Positions 7,674-14,135 of a DNA stretch of 14,135 bases are shown in pieces. This DNA comes from an uncultured Gemmatimonadales bacterium. Its GTDB lineage: Bacteria; Gemmatimonadota; Gemmatimonadetes; Gemmatimonadales; GWC2-71-9. The notes under the pieces were generated by a model. That model worked only from the letters and a program-made list of their open reading frames with translations. It did not search any database and was not told where the DNA came from. The position numbers and the translations under genes were made by a program. The stretch lies in assembly GCA_963771275.1 (NCBI GenBank), contig CAVYSW010000002.1, positions 1 through 14,135 of the forward strand. The letters are read 5' to 3'. The first letter of the stretch is position 1. Each line of letters starts with the position of its first letter.

Positions 7674-7823
7674 CTACGCCGCCCGGAACCGCGAAAACCG
7701 CCCATCGAGGTAGTCCGCTCTCGGCCGCTGGGCGGACACCGGCGGCACGCGAATCCGGATGCCGTCCAGCTCCTGGAGGCCGTGGCGGAGCCTGGGGCCG
7801 CGCTCGTCGCGGTCCCGCAGGAT
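7674..7823 (-). pseudogene. HNH endonuclease C-terminal fragment, copy 2 (internal deletion)
   Basis: ILRDRDERG|PRLRHGLQELDGIRIRVPPVSAQRPRADYLDGRFSRFRAA*. Lacks 129 bp relative to copy 1. Confidence 0.85.
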
Positions 7824-7840
7824 CACGTTCTGTGACCTTA
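7819..7840. repeat. Imperfect palindromic site at the DUF2442/HNH junction (copy B)
   Basis: AGGATCACGTTCTGTGACCTTA, in the same context as 5884-5906. Confidence 0.75.
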
Positions 7841-7854
7841 GAGCCCGCGTTGCG

Positions 7855-8082
7855 TCAGGCGGGGGCGACGTCTCGTCTATGCTGGCTGCGGACCGCGTCG
7901 TGCAGGAACTCCGGGGCGATGTCCGCACCGTTGGGCCAGACCAGGGTCTGCCCCACCGGGTCCAGAGCGAACTGCTGGAAGAAGGCAGCATCGTGCAGCG
8001 GCTCGAAAACGGGGCCGTGCAGCACGGGCCGGAGATCGACTTCGCCGGCCGAGCCGTCGCGGCACCGCACCCAGACGGTGTA
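7855..8082 (-). pseudogene. 5'-truncated DUF2442 gene
   Basis: YTVWVRCRDGSAGEVDLRPVLHGPVFEPL...TLVWPNGADIAPEFLHDAVRSQHRRDVAPA*. About 13 N-terminal residues and the DUF4160 partner are missing. Confidence 0.8.
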
Positions 8083-8113
8083 GTGGAGCTGAGCCCACTC
8101 CCGCCTACGGCCG

Positions 8114-8608
8114 CTACAGCCTCGTGATCGTGTAGGTTCCGAATCCGTCGACAGCCGTGCCCGGCGTGAGGTAGCCGAACCACAGGCCGGCTTCGATCGA
8201 GTCCGGGACCTGGCCTGAATTGAACCCCCCGTTGAACCCGTAGGCGCCGCCGCTCACGAAGACAATCTTCGTCAGCGTCCCGTCCTCGAAGTAGGCCGTG
8301 CCGAGGTCGCTCCCGCTGGACGCTCCTCGCGGGAAATCGAACGAGAAGTTGTCGAGCGCGGCGTCGATCGTCTCGGAGCCAGTTCCCGTGAGGCTCCCGA
8401 CATCAATCTGGAACGTGGCGGTGAAGGTCTGGCCCGCGTAGGTCCCGCCGTCGTTCAGGCAGGTCACGGTGACCTCGAATTGGACGATCTCGAACGTAGG
8501 CGCATCATCGGAGCAGGCACCGACCGCGACGACGAGTAGGCTCAGCCCGAGAATCGAGCCGAGGGTGGAAGAGCGTCGGGCGCCGAACCTGGTGTTGAGA
8601 CTCTTCAT
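8114..8608 (-). CDS. Hypothetical lipoprotein
   Basis: Basic N-terminus, hydrophobic stretch, lipobox VGAC, then a beta-rich acidic body. AAGGGA RBS. Confidence 0.75.
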   Translation of the reverse strand: MKSLNTRFGARRSSTLGSILGLSLLVVAVGACSDDAPTFEIVQFEVTVTCLNDGGTYAGQTFTATFQIDVGSLTGTGSETIDAALDNFSFDFPRGASSGSDLGTAYFEDGTLTKIVFVSGGAYGFNGGFNSGQVPDSIEAGLWFGYLTPGTAVDGFGTYTITRL

Positions 8609-8771
8609 GAGTCGATCCCTTCTCGTAAGCTGGAGTATGCTCCTCGCCTTCGTGGTAGTGCTTGCCCTCGGCGGGCGCGCCCTGGCCTCGGCAGCTTAGC
8701 CCGACCCGACGGACCGGAGTGACAGCGACAGAGGAGCCCCGAGGGCGCTAAGGCCTGCCCTGGCCGCTACG

Positions 8772-11432
8772 TCAGCGGACCGGCTCCGGGTTCGCGTACG
8801 TCACCAGCAGCGCCTGGAACCGCGGATCGCTGCGGATCGGGTCCCAGCGCGGATCGAGGCGGAGGGTGTGGGCGCCGAGCTCGGAGGGTCCCGCCAGCAG
8901 CCGCTCGATCTCGACGAGTGCCGCATCCGCGTCGCCGATCCTCGCCAGAATCCGCGCCCGATCGTCGGCAACTGCCGGCCCGGCAAGAGCGTCCCCGCGG
9001 TAGATCGTCGATTGCCTCAGCCAGCGGGCCTCACGTTCAGCCTCCCGCTGCCGTCCCAGGCCGGCGAGGGCCAGGCCCCGGGCGGCGTGGACGCGCCAAT
9101 CGTCGGGCAGCACCACCGCCACCGAGTCGAGCAGCACTCGGGCCGAATCGAATGCCGCCCGCGCCGCCACGTGATCCCCACGTAGCTGGTGGGCCCACGC
9201 CGCATACAGCGCCGTCGGGACATAGAAGTTCATACCGTCAAAGGCCCGCTGCGGTGTCCGACGGAGCAGCGCGAGCAGGCTGTCCGGCTTTCGCTCCCAA
9301 TACAGCTTGAGGGCCTGCCAGGCGCTGGCGCTCCCCAACGCACCGAGCTCGGCCTCCGGCGGATAGCGATCCAGCGCTGCCCCGAGCGAGTCCAGCCGTC
9401 CCTGCCAGACGACCCAGGTCCACCCGCGGTCCACGTCGATCGCGGCCACGTCCGGCGCCAGCGCCAGCGCTCGGCTGTACCACTCCACGGCCTCCCGATA
9501 CCGGCGCAGGAAATTCAGGGTGCCACCCAGATTGTAGAGGGCATCGGCGTTGCGCGGGTCGAGCGCCACGACCCGGTCGAACGCGGCGACGGCCTCGTCC
9601 CAGTTCCCGAGCCGCCGCTGCGTGTACCCGATCCGCTCCCACACCTCGGCGTCATTCGGCAGCCCCGCGAGCGCGATCCGAAACTCCCTCAGCGCCGCCT
9701 GCCAGTCCTGGCGTCCGACGTGCTGCACCAACCCCATGGCGAGGTGCGCCTGCGGCAAGTCGGGCGCAAGCCGCAGCGCTGACTCTGCCTCTTCCCGTTG
9801 GCGCGCCAACCGTGCCGGGGACGGATCATACCGGTACAACGACATCCGGCCATGCACCTGCGACAACGCCGCGTGGGCGAGGGCAAACGTCGAGTCCAGG
9901 GCCAGCGCCCGCCCATACAAGCCCTGCGCGATCTCCCAGTTGTCACGCAGGTTGCCCGGCCGGCGGTAGTACTCCAGCCCCTGCAAGTAGAGCCGGTACG
10001 CCTCGGCGCTCGCCGTGGGGGCCGCGGCGAGCGCCGTCCGTTCCGTCCCGCCGAGCGTCGCCCCCACCGCCGCCACGACCCGCTGCGCGATCTCGCTCTG
10101 GACCGCGAACGCATCGTCCAGCGTCCGGTCGTAGCGCTCCGCCCAGAGGTGCTGGTCCGTCGCGGCATCGATCAGCTGCACGTTCACCCGCAGGCGCGCT
10201 CCCAGCACCTGCACGCTGCCCTCGATGATCGTGCCGACACTCAGCTCGTCCGCGATCTGCCGGAGCGGCTTCGTCCGCGTCGCGTACTCCATCACGGACG
10301 TCCGACTGATCGGCTTCAGCGCCGCGACCTTCGTGAGCTGCGTGATCAGCTCGTCGTGCAACCCGCCCGCGAAGTAGGCGTTGGGACCCTCGCCACTCAG
10401 GTTCTCGAACGGCAGCACCGCGATCGCGGTGCGGGGGTGGCGTGACCCTGTCGCGCCCGGTCGCAGCCAGCTGCCCACCGCCACGGCGCCGGCGATCACC
10501 ACGACCGCCGCTCCGCCGAGCACCGCGATGCGCTTCCACGATCGCTTGGCGGACATGACCGCACCCGATGCGGGCGGAAACACCGCGCCGGCCGTCGAGG
10601 CCCGTGACCCGAGCGCCTCGGCGAACAGCGCCACCGGGTTGAACCGGTCGGCCGGTGTCTTTGCGAGTGACCGCGTCAGCGCCGCCGCTACCCACCCCGG
10701 CACCGCCGGCCGCATCACCGTGATGCTCGGCGGCTCCGCCGTGAGATGCTGATGGATCAGGCTCTCGACCGTCGGCCCCGTGAACGGCGGCTGCCCCGCG
10801 AGCATCTCGTACAGGACGCAGCCGAGGGAGTAGAGATCAGACCGACCGTCCAGGTCATGGCTCCCCGCTGCCTGCTCGGGAGACATGTACGCCGGCGTGC
10901 CCAGCGCGATCCCCGTCCCGGTGAGCTTCTCCCCACCCGCCTGGTCGATCGCCCGCGCGATCCCGAAGTCGGCCACCACCGCGTGGCCGCTCTCCAGCAG
11001 GATGTTCTCGGGCTTGACGTCGCGGTGGATCACCCCGTGGCTGTGGGCATAGGAGAGCGCGTCGGCCACCTCGCGGCTGATCTGGAGCGCGTCGTCCAGC
11101 GGCAGCTGCTTCTCGCGGGTGAGGCGGTCGCGGAGGGACTCGCCCTCCACGTAGGGCATCACGTAGTAGAGGAACCCGTCGGCGTTCCCGGAATCGTGCA
11201 GCGGCAAGATGTGGGGGTGCGTGAGCTGGGCGGTGGTCTTGACCTCGCGCAGGAACCGGTCCGCGCCCAGGACGGCCGCGAGCTCGGGCTTCAGCACCTT
11301 GAGGGCAACGGGCCGCTCGTGCTTGAGGTCGGTGGCGAGATAGACCGTGGCCATGCCCCCGCGGCCCAGCTCGCGCTGGAGCGCGTAGCGATCCACCAAG
11401 GCTGCCTTGAGGCGATCCACTTGGTCGGGCAT
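8772..11432 (-). CDS. Hanks-type Ser/Thr protein kinase with TM helix, TolB-like domain and TPR repeats
   Basis: Kinase motifs GRGGMATV, VALK, HRDVKPEN, DFG, GTPAYMSPEQ, DLYSLG. TM IAVLGGAAVVVIAGAVAVG. IAVLPFENL domain and TPR-like repeats. Ends with LDPRWDPIRSDPRFQAL. Confidence 0.95.
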   Translation of the reverse strand: MPDQVDRLKAALVDRYALQRELGRGGMATVYLATDLKHERPVALKVLKPELAAVLGADRFLREVKTTAQLTHPHILPLHDSGNADGFLYYVMPYVEGESLRDRLTREKQLPLDDALQISREVADALSYAHSHGVIHRDVKPENILLESGHAVVADFGIARAIDQAGGEKLTGTGIALGTPAYMSPEQAAGSHDLDGRSDLYSLGCVLYEMLAGQPPFTGPTVESLIHQHLTAEPPSITVMRPAVPGWVAAALTRSLAKTPADRFNPVALFAEALGSRASTAGAVFPPASGAVMSAKRSWKRIAVLGGAAVVVIAGAVAVGSWLRPGATGSRHPRTAIAVLPFENLSGEGPNAYFAGGLHDELITQLTKVAALKPISRTSVMEYATRTKPLRQIADELSVGTIIEGSVQVLGARLRVNVQLIDAATDQHLWAERYDRTLDDAFAVQSEIAQRVVAAVGATLGGTERTALAAAPTASAEAYRLYLQGLEYYRRPGNLRDNWEIAQGLYGRALALDSTFALAHAALSQVHGRMSLYRYDPSPARLARQREEAESALRLAPDLPQAHLAMGLVQHVGRQDWQAALREFRIALAGLPNDAEVWERIGYTQRRLGNWDEAVAAFDRVVALDPRNADALYNLGGTLNFLRRYREAVEWYSRALALAPDVAAIDVDRGWTWVVWQGRLDSLGAALDRYPPEAELGALGSASAWQALKLYWERKPDSLLALLRRTPQRAFDGMNFYVPTALYAAWAHQLRGDHVAARAAFDSARVLLDSVAVVLPDDWRVHAARGLALAGLGRQREAEREARWLRQSTIYRGDALAGPAVADDRARILARIGDADAALVEIERLLAGPSELGAHTLRLDPRWDPIRSDPRFQALLVTYANPEPVR

Positions 11433-11531
11433 CCGCTCCCGTTGGTCTCCCTCCCGCGGGTACTACGATACGGCGCGCCGGGCAAGCGGGCCAGAAGGGG
11501 GCTGAGGGACCAGAGACAGCACCGCGCAGTC

Positions 11532-11682
11532 CGCGACCCTTTTTTAAGGTCACACTCTGTGACCTTAAAGCCTCGGTTTCCTCCGCCAGGGTGGTGTCGA
11601 GCAGCACCTTCTGGCCGCGCAGCAACACGATGGCGCTCGTGATGCGCTCGACTGGTATCAGGCTCGCCGGAGGTCGGGGCAT
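11532..11682 (-). pseudogene. ORF6N-domain gene remnant (internal deletion, 3' truncated)
   Basis: MPRPPASLIPVERITSAIVLLRGQKVLLDTTLA|EETEALRSQSVTLKKGRG. The start and RSQxVTLK segments are present. The LYGV...RN..RFP.DFMFQL core and the YAFTEQG C-terminus are missing. Confidence 0.8.
11543..11569. repeat. Perfect palindrome inside the ORF6N remnant
   Basis: TTTAAGGTCACA-CTC-TGTGACCTTAAA, with 12-bp perfect arms. AT-rich in a GC-rich background. Confidence 0.9.
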
Positions 11683-11863
11683 GCACCCACGTTGCGTCGG
11701 CGCTGTTCGCGGCCGACATCATTCCTCGTCAGGGTGGACCATTGGGCCGCGGCTCCCGGCCGGGCGGTCGTACTGGAGCTTCCGACCGAGAAAGCGACGC
11801 GCGGCACGCATCGAGGATAGTGCGCCGGCAGGGGCTCGCCCTGATGCGGCGTCATCGGGGGGG

Positions 11864-12036
11864 CTACGCCGCCCGGAACCGCGCGAACCGCTCGTCGAGG
11901 TAGTCCGCTCTCGGCCGCTGGGCGGATACACCACGATGTTCACGTCGCAGGCGCCGTGGTGGATCTTGCAGAGGCAGAGGCTGTTGACGCTTTCGGGGCG
12001 ACCGCGCTGGTCGCGATCGGGGAGGAGGTGCGCTGC
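11864..12036 (-). pseudogene. HNH endonuclease C-terminal fragment, copy 3 (internal deletion)
   Basis: AAHLLPDRDQRGRPESVNSLCLCKIHHGACDVNIV is joined out of frame near 11925-11931 to SAQRPRADYLDERFARFRAA*. Confidence 0.85.
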
Positions 12037-12055
12037 CAAGGCCGGCGCTGCCGCT

Positions 12056-12301
12056 TCAGGCTGCTACCCGCACCGCCTCGTAAAGCGTCTCGGGAGCGAT
12101 GTCCGCCCCGTTGGGCCAGCAGAGGGTCCGGAACTCCGGGTGGATGGTGAACGTCCTGAAGAAGGCCGGGTCGCGGAGCGGTTCGAAGATCGGCCCCTGG
12201 AGCTCCGGGCCGAGATCTACCTCGCCGGCGGTCCCGTCGCGGAAGCGGAGCCAGACGGTATGGCCGCTGATGTAGCGAGCTTCGACGACACTGTAGTACA
12301 T
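12056..12301 (-). CDS. DUF2442 family protein (putative antitoxin), orphaned
   Basis: MYYSVVEARYISGHTVWLRFRDGTAGEVDL...GPIFEPLRDPAFFRTF...TLCWPNGADIAPETLY. Full length. Confidence 0.88.
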   Translation of the reverse strand: MYYSVVEARYISGHTVWLRFRDGTAGEVDLGPELQGPIFEPLRDPAFFRTFTIHPEFRTLCWPNGADIAPETLYEAVRVAA

Positions 12302-12305
12302 CGCA

Positions 12306-12495
12306 TCACTCCAGGGGCTCGATCCGTTCCAGTGCCGTTCCCTGACGAGCCCGATCCCAGTTCGCCAGCAACCGGGCTGCTTGAAGGGCCGTCCATGTCA
12401 GGACGGACCGGAGCACTCGTGGGGGTAAGCTACCATGAACCCGCCGCGACCTCTACCACAGCCTCGTAGTCGCCGTAGACGGCATGAATGTGCGC
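12306..12495 (-). pseudogene. DUF4160 pseudogene
   Basis: AHIHAVYGDYEAVVEVA, then a frameshift, then RVHGSLPPRVLRSVLTWTALQAARLLANWDRARQGTALERIEPLE*. The N-terminal ~20 codons are deleted. Confidence 0.8.
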
Positions 12496-12507
12496 AACCC
12501 CGTGCTC

Positions 12508-12599
12508 CCTCGCCAGCGGAGTGCGTCATCAGATTCATGCGTCGGAGGGGCGAAATGGCGCGTCGCCCGTCGCGACAGGAGCCGTTTGGAGTGTCGAGT
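12508..12599 (-). repeat. 92-bp conserved leader upstream of DUF4160, copy B
   Basis: Direct repeat of 6466-6557. Confidence 0.85.
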
Positions 12600-12636
12600 C
12601 GCGGCCGTTGGCCGTTGGCGGCAGCGGGACTCTCTC

Positions 12637-13107
12637 CTAGCGGCGCTGCCTTCCCCTGTCCGTGTCCAGCTCCGGATGCGCCCTCGCGAGCCAGCTCCGA
12701 ACCGCTCCCGCGAAGCGAGCGGCTTCCTTCCGAAGGTCGGCAGCCTCGGCATCCGAGACGTCGCCGGCACTGTCGTACTCCAACTGAGCGCGCTTTCGCC
12801 GGCAGTCGTCATAGTACCTGGCTCTGTCGGACACCTCGGGGATCCCGAGCCGGTGCAGGGCCTCGAACGTCATCTCGTGGTGCCGGGCGTGCTTCGCGCG
12901 CACGCCGTGGGCCCGGAGGACGACCGTGGCCGCGCACCGCACGGCGTCATACGCGAGCGTGAAGATCGAGTCCGGGTGCTTCAGGTTCCCCCGCAGCTCG
13001 TCGAGGCGGCGCTCGACGATGCCGAGCAGGCCACGGATCTCCTCGACGTCCGTCGGCTGGGGTTCCAGCCACCCGGCGTCAACCAGTGGCTTCAGCGCTT
13101 CGGGCAT
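12637..13107 (-). CDS. HEPN-like domain protein (partner of MNT)
   Basis: Helical pattern FTLAYDAVRCAATVVLRAHGVR...HHEMTFEAL...DDCRRKRAQLEYD. Overlaps the 3' end of the upstream nucleotidyltransferase. Confidence 0.72.
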   Translation of the reverse strand: MPEALKPLVDAGWLEPQPTDVEEIRGLLGIVERRLDELRGNLKHPDSIFTLAYDAVRCAATVVLRAHGVRAKHARHHEMTFEALHRLGIPEVSDRARYYDDCRRKRAQLEYDSAGDVSDAEAADLRKEAARFAGAVRSWLARAHPELDTDRGRQRR

Positions 13108-13711
13108 TGCCGATGAGGTCCAATCTCGGGCCCGCGAGGACCCGCGTGACGAAGGAGTGCCCCTTGCGCTGCTTCTCGCGGAACTCCGCGGGCGTGATGA
13201 GATAGGGGTTGACCGCGCGGCCGAGCAGGTCGGCGGCCGGTCTCAGGAGGTCGGCAAGCTCCGGGGACCCGATCGCCCCGACGACGAACAGATCGACGTC
13301 GCTGGCGGCCGTCTCCTGGCCGCTCGCCATCGAGCCGTAGAGAAAGGCCCAGCGGATGTCGGCCTGACGGTCCGCCAGCGCGGTCCGCAGCGCATCCGCG
13401 ATGCCTCCCAGCTTGAGGACGAGCGCGCGCAGCTCGGGGAGCACAGAGGCATCGCGATCCAGCTCGCAGTAGAGGCGGCGGCCCTCGGTGCGGCGACGGA
13501 CCAGCCCCAGGCGCTCCAGGGTTACCAGCTCGCGGCTGACAGCCGTCGGCGGCAGGTCCAACCGCCGCGCCAGGTTGCGGACGTAGTAGCGGTCCGCGGC
13601 ACCGAGCAGCAGCCCGCTGAGGATCTTCGCCCGGGCCTCGGAGCCGAACAGGCGGCCTAGGGTGGACTTGGACGGCCGCCGGCGCCCGGAACCTCGAGGC
13701 CGAACTGCCAC
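13079..13711 (-). CDS. wHTH + minimal nucleotidyltransferase (MNT) antitoxin-like protein
   Basis: N-terminal LFGSEARAKIL...YYVRNLARRL...VSRELVTLERLGLV (wHTH). AFLYGSMASGQETAASDVDLFVVG is an exact GSX10DXD motif. GTG start with GGAGGG RBS. Confidence 0.88.
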   Translation of the reverse strand: MAVRPRGSGRRRPSKSTLGRLFGSEARAKILSGLLLGAADRYYVRNLARRLDLPPTAVSRELVTLERLGLVRRRTEGRRLYCELDRDASVLPELRALVLKLGGIADALRTALADRQADIRWAFLYGSMASGQETAASDVDLFVVGAIGSPELADLLRPAADLLGRAVNPYLITPAEFREKQRKGHSFVTRVLAGPRLDLIGNARSAEATG

Positions 13712-13721
13712 AGTCCCTCCA

Positions 13722-13768
13722 TGTACACAATATGTGCACTATAGTACACATATTGTGGACAAGTGCAA
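13722..13768 (-). promoter_or_regulatory. MNT-HEPN promoter overlapped by a 40-bp palindromic operator
   Basis: Minus strand TTGCAC (13768-13763), 16 bp, TACTAT (13746-13741). Palindrome 13722-13761 has 18/20 matched arms. Confidence 0.75.
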
Positions 13769-13896
13769 CCCCTCGCGCGGATTCAGGCCGGATCCGGCGC
13801 TCAAGCCGAGAGTAGCCCGAACGGGTCCGGCTGCGTCATCGAAGCGTCGCCACTCGGCGCATTGTCGCGCTGGCCAGGCGTCGAGGAGGGAGACGG

Positions 13897-14135
13897 CTAC
13901 GCCGCCCGGAACCGCGCGAACCGCTCGTCGAGGTAGTCTGCTTTCGGCCGCTGGGCGGCGTACGCGCGGCAGCTGAATCCGGATGCCGTCCAGCTCCTGG
14001 AGCCCGTGGCGGAGCATGGGGCCGTCGTGCTCCTCCAGCACGTCCCGGCGCACGTGCACCCGGTAGTCCGGATCCACGCCCACGATGTTCACGTCGTAGG
14101 CGCCGTGGTGGATCTTGCAGAGGCACAGGCCGTTG
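13897..14135 (-). pseudogene. HNH endonuclease C-terminal region, copy 4 (frameshifted, runs off window)
   Basis: NGLCLCKIHHGAYDVNIVGVDPDYRVHVRRDVLEEHDGPMLRHGLQELDGIRIQLPRV, then a +1 shift near 13958 before AQRPKADYLDERFARFRAA*. The 5' extent is unknown. Confidence 0.8.

Noticed and set aside
10855..11531. 275-aa ORF 10855..11682 as a full gene
   Set aside because: Only the first ~50 codons are ORF6N-like. The rest is an off-frame overlap with the kinase.
11550..11562. CRP/FNR site suggested by TGTGA/TCACA
   Set aside because: The half-sites are in the reverse order with 3-bp spacing (TCACA-N3-TGTGA), not TGTGA-N6-TCACA.
8868..11642. Long plus-strand ORFs antisense to the kinase (e.g. 10746..11642, 9798..10445)
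   Set aside because: Typical GC-rich antisense shadows with no recognisable motifs.
1..14135. Classical integron (intI + attC array)
   Set aside because: No integrase ORF is present, and I found no consistent RYYYAAC...GTTRRRY sites after the genes. Isolated CTAAC/GTTAG words (about 2828 and 4411) do not form full attC structures.
1..14135. CRISPR array, retron or diversity-generating retroelement as the explanation for the repeats
   Set aside because: Repeats are gene-sized fragments spaced kilobases apart. There is no cas or reverse transcriptase gene, and differences between copies are not adenine-specific.

Overview
GC-rich bacterial accessory/defence-type locus. The Ser/Thr kinase-TM-TolB-like-TPR gene is of a style I associate with Gemmatimonadota (inference). 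Most genes lie on the minus strand. Apparently intact genes: a small membrane protein, two lipoproteins, four putative toxin-antitoxin pairs (HigBA-like, DUF4160/DUF2442, HicAB, MNT/HEPN), two orphan antitoxins, a PD-(D/E)XK nuclease and an 886-aa kinase. Between them are many broken gene remnants (RHH antitoxin, HicA-like, DUF5131/Gp37-Gp68, ADP-ribosylglycohydrolase, DUF4160, DUF2442, ORF6N). The most striking feature is a recurring scaffold. The 3' end of one HNH endonuclease gene occurs four times in the same orientation, and three copies are preceded by a DUF2442 gene or fragment. Two of those units also carry a DUF4160 gene or remnant and a conserved 92-bp leader. Each copy is followed by different cargo. 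Two junctions carry a palindromic AAGGTCAC-N5-GTGA(C/T)C site whose perfect form lies inside an ORF6N remnant. The window reads like a cassette array built on repeated gene fragments, but no recombinase is visible. All family calls come from motif recognition by eye, not from database searches.
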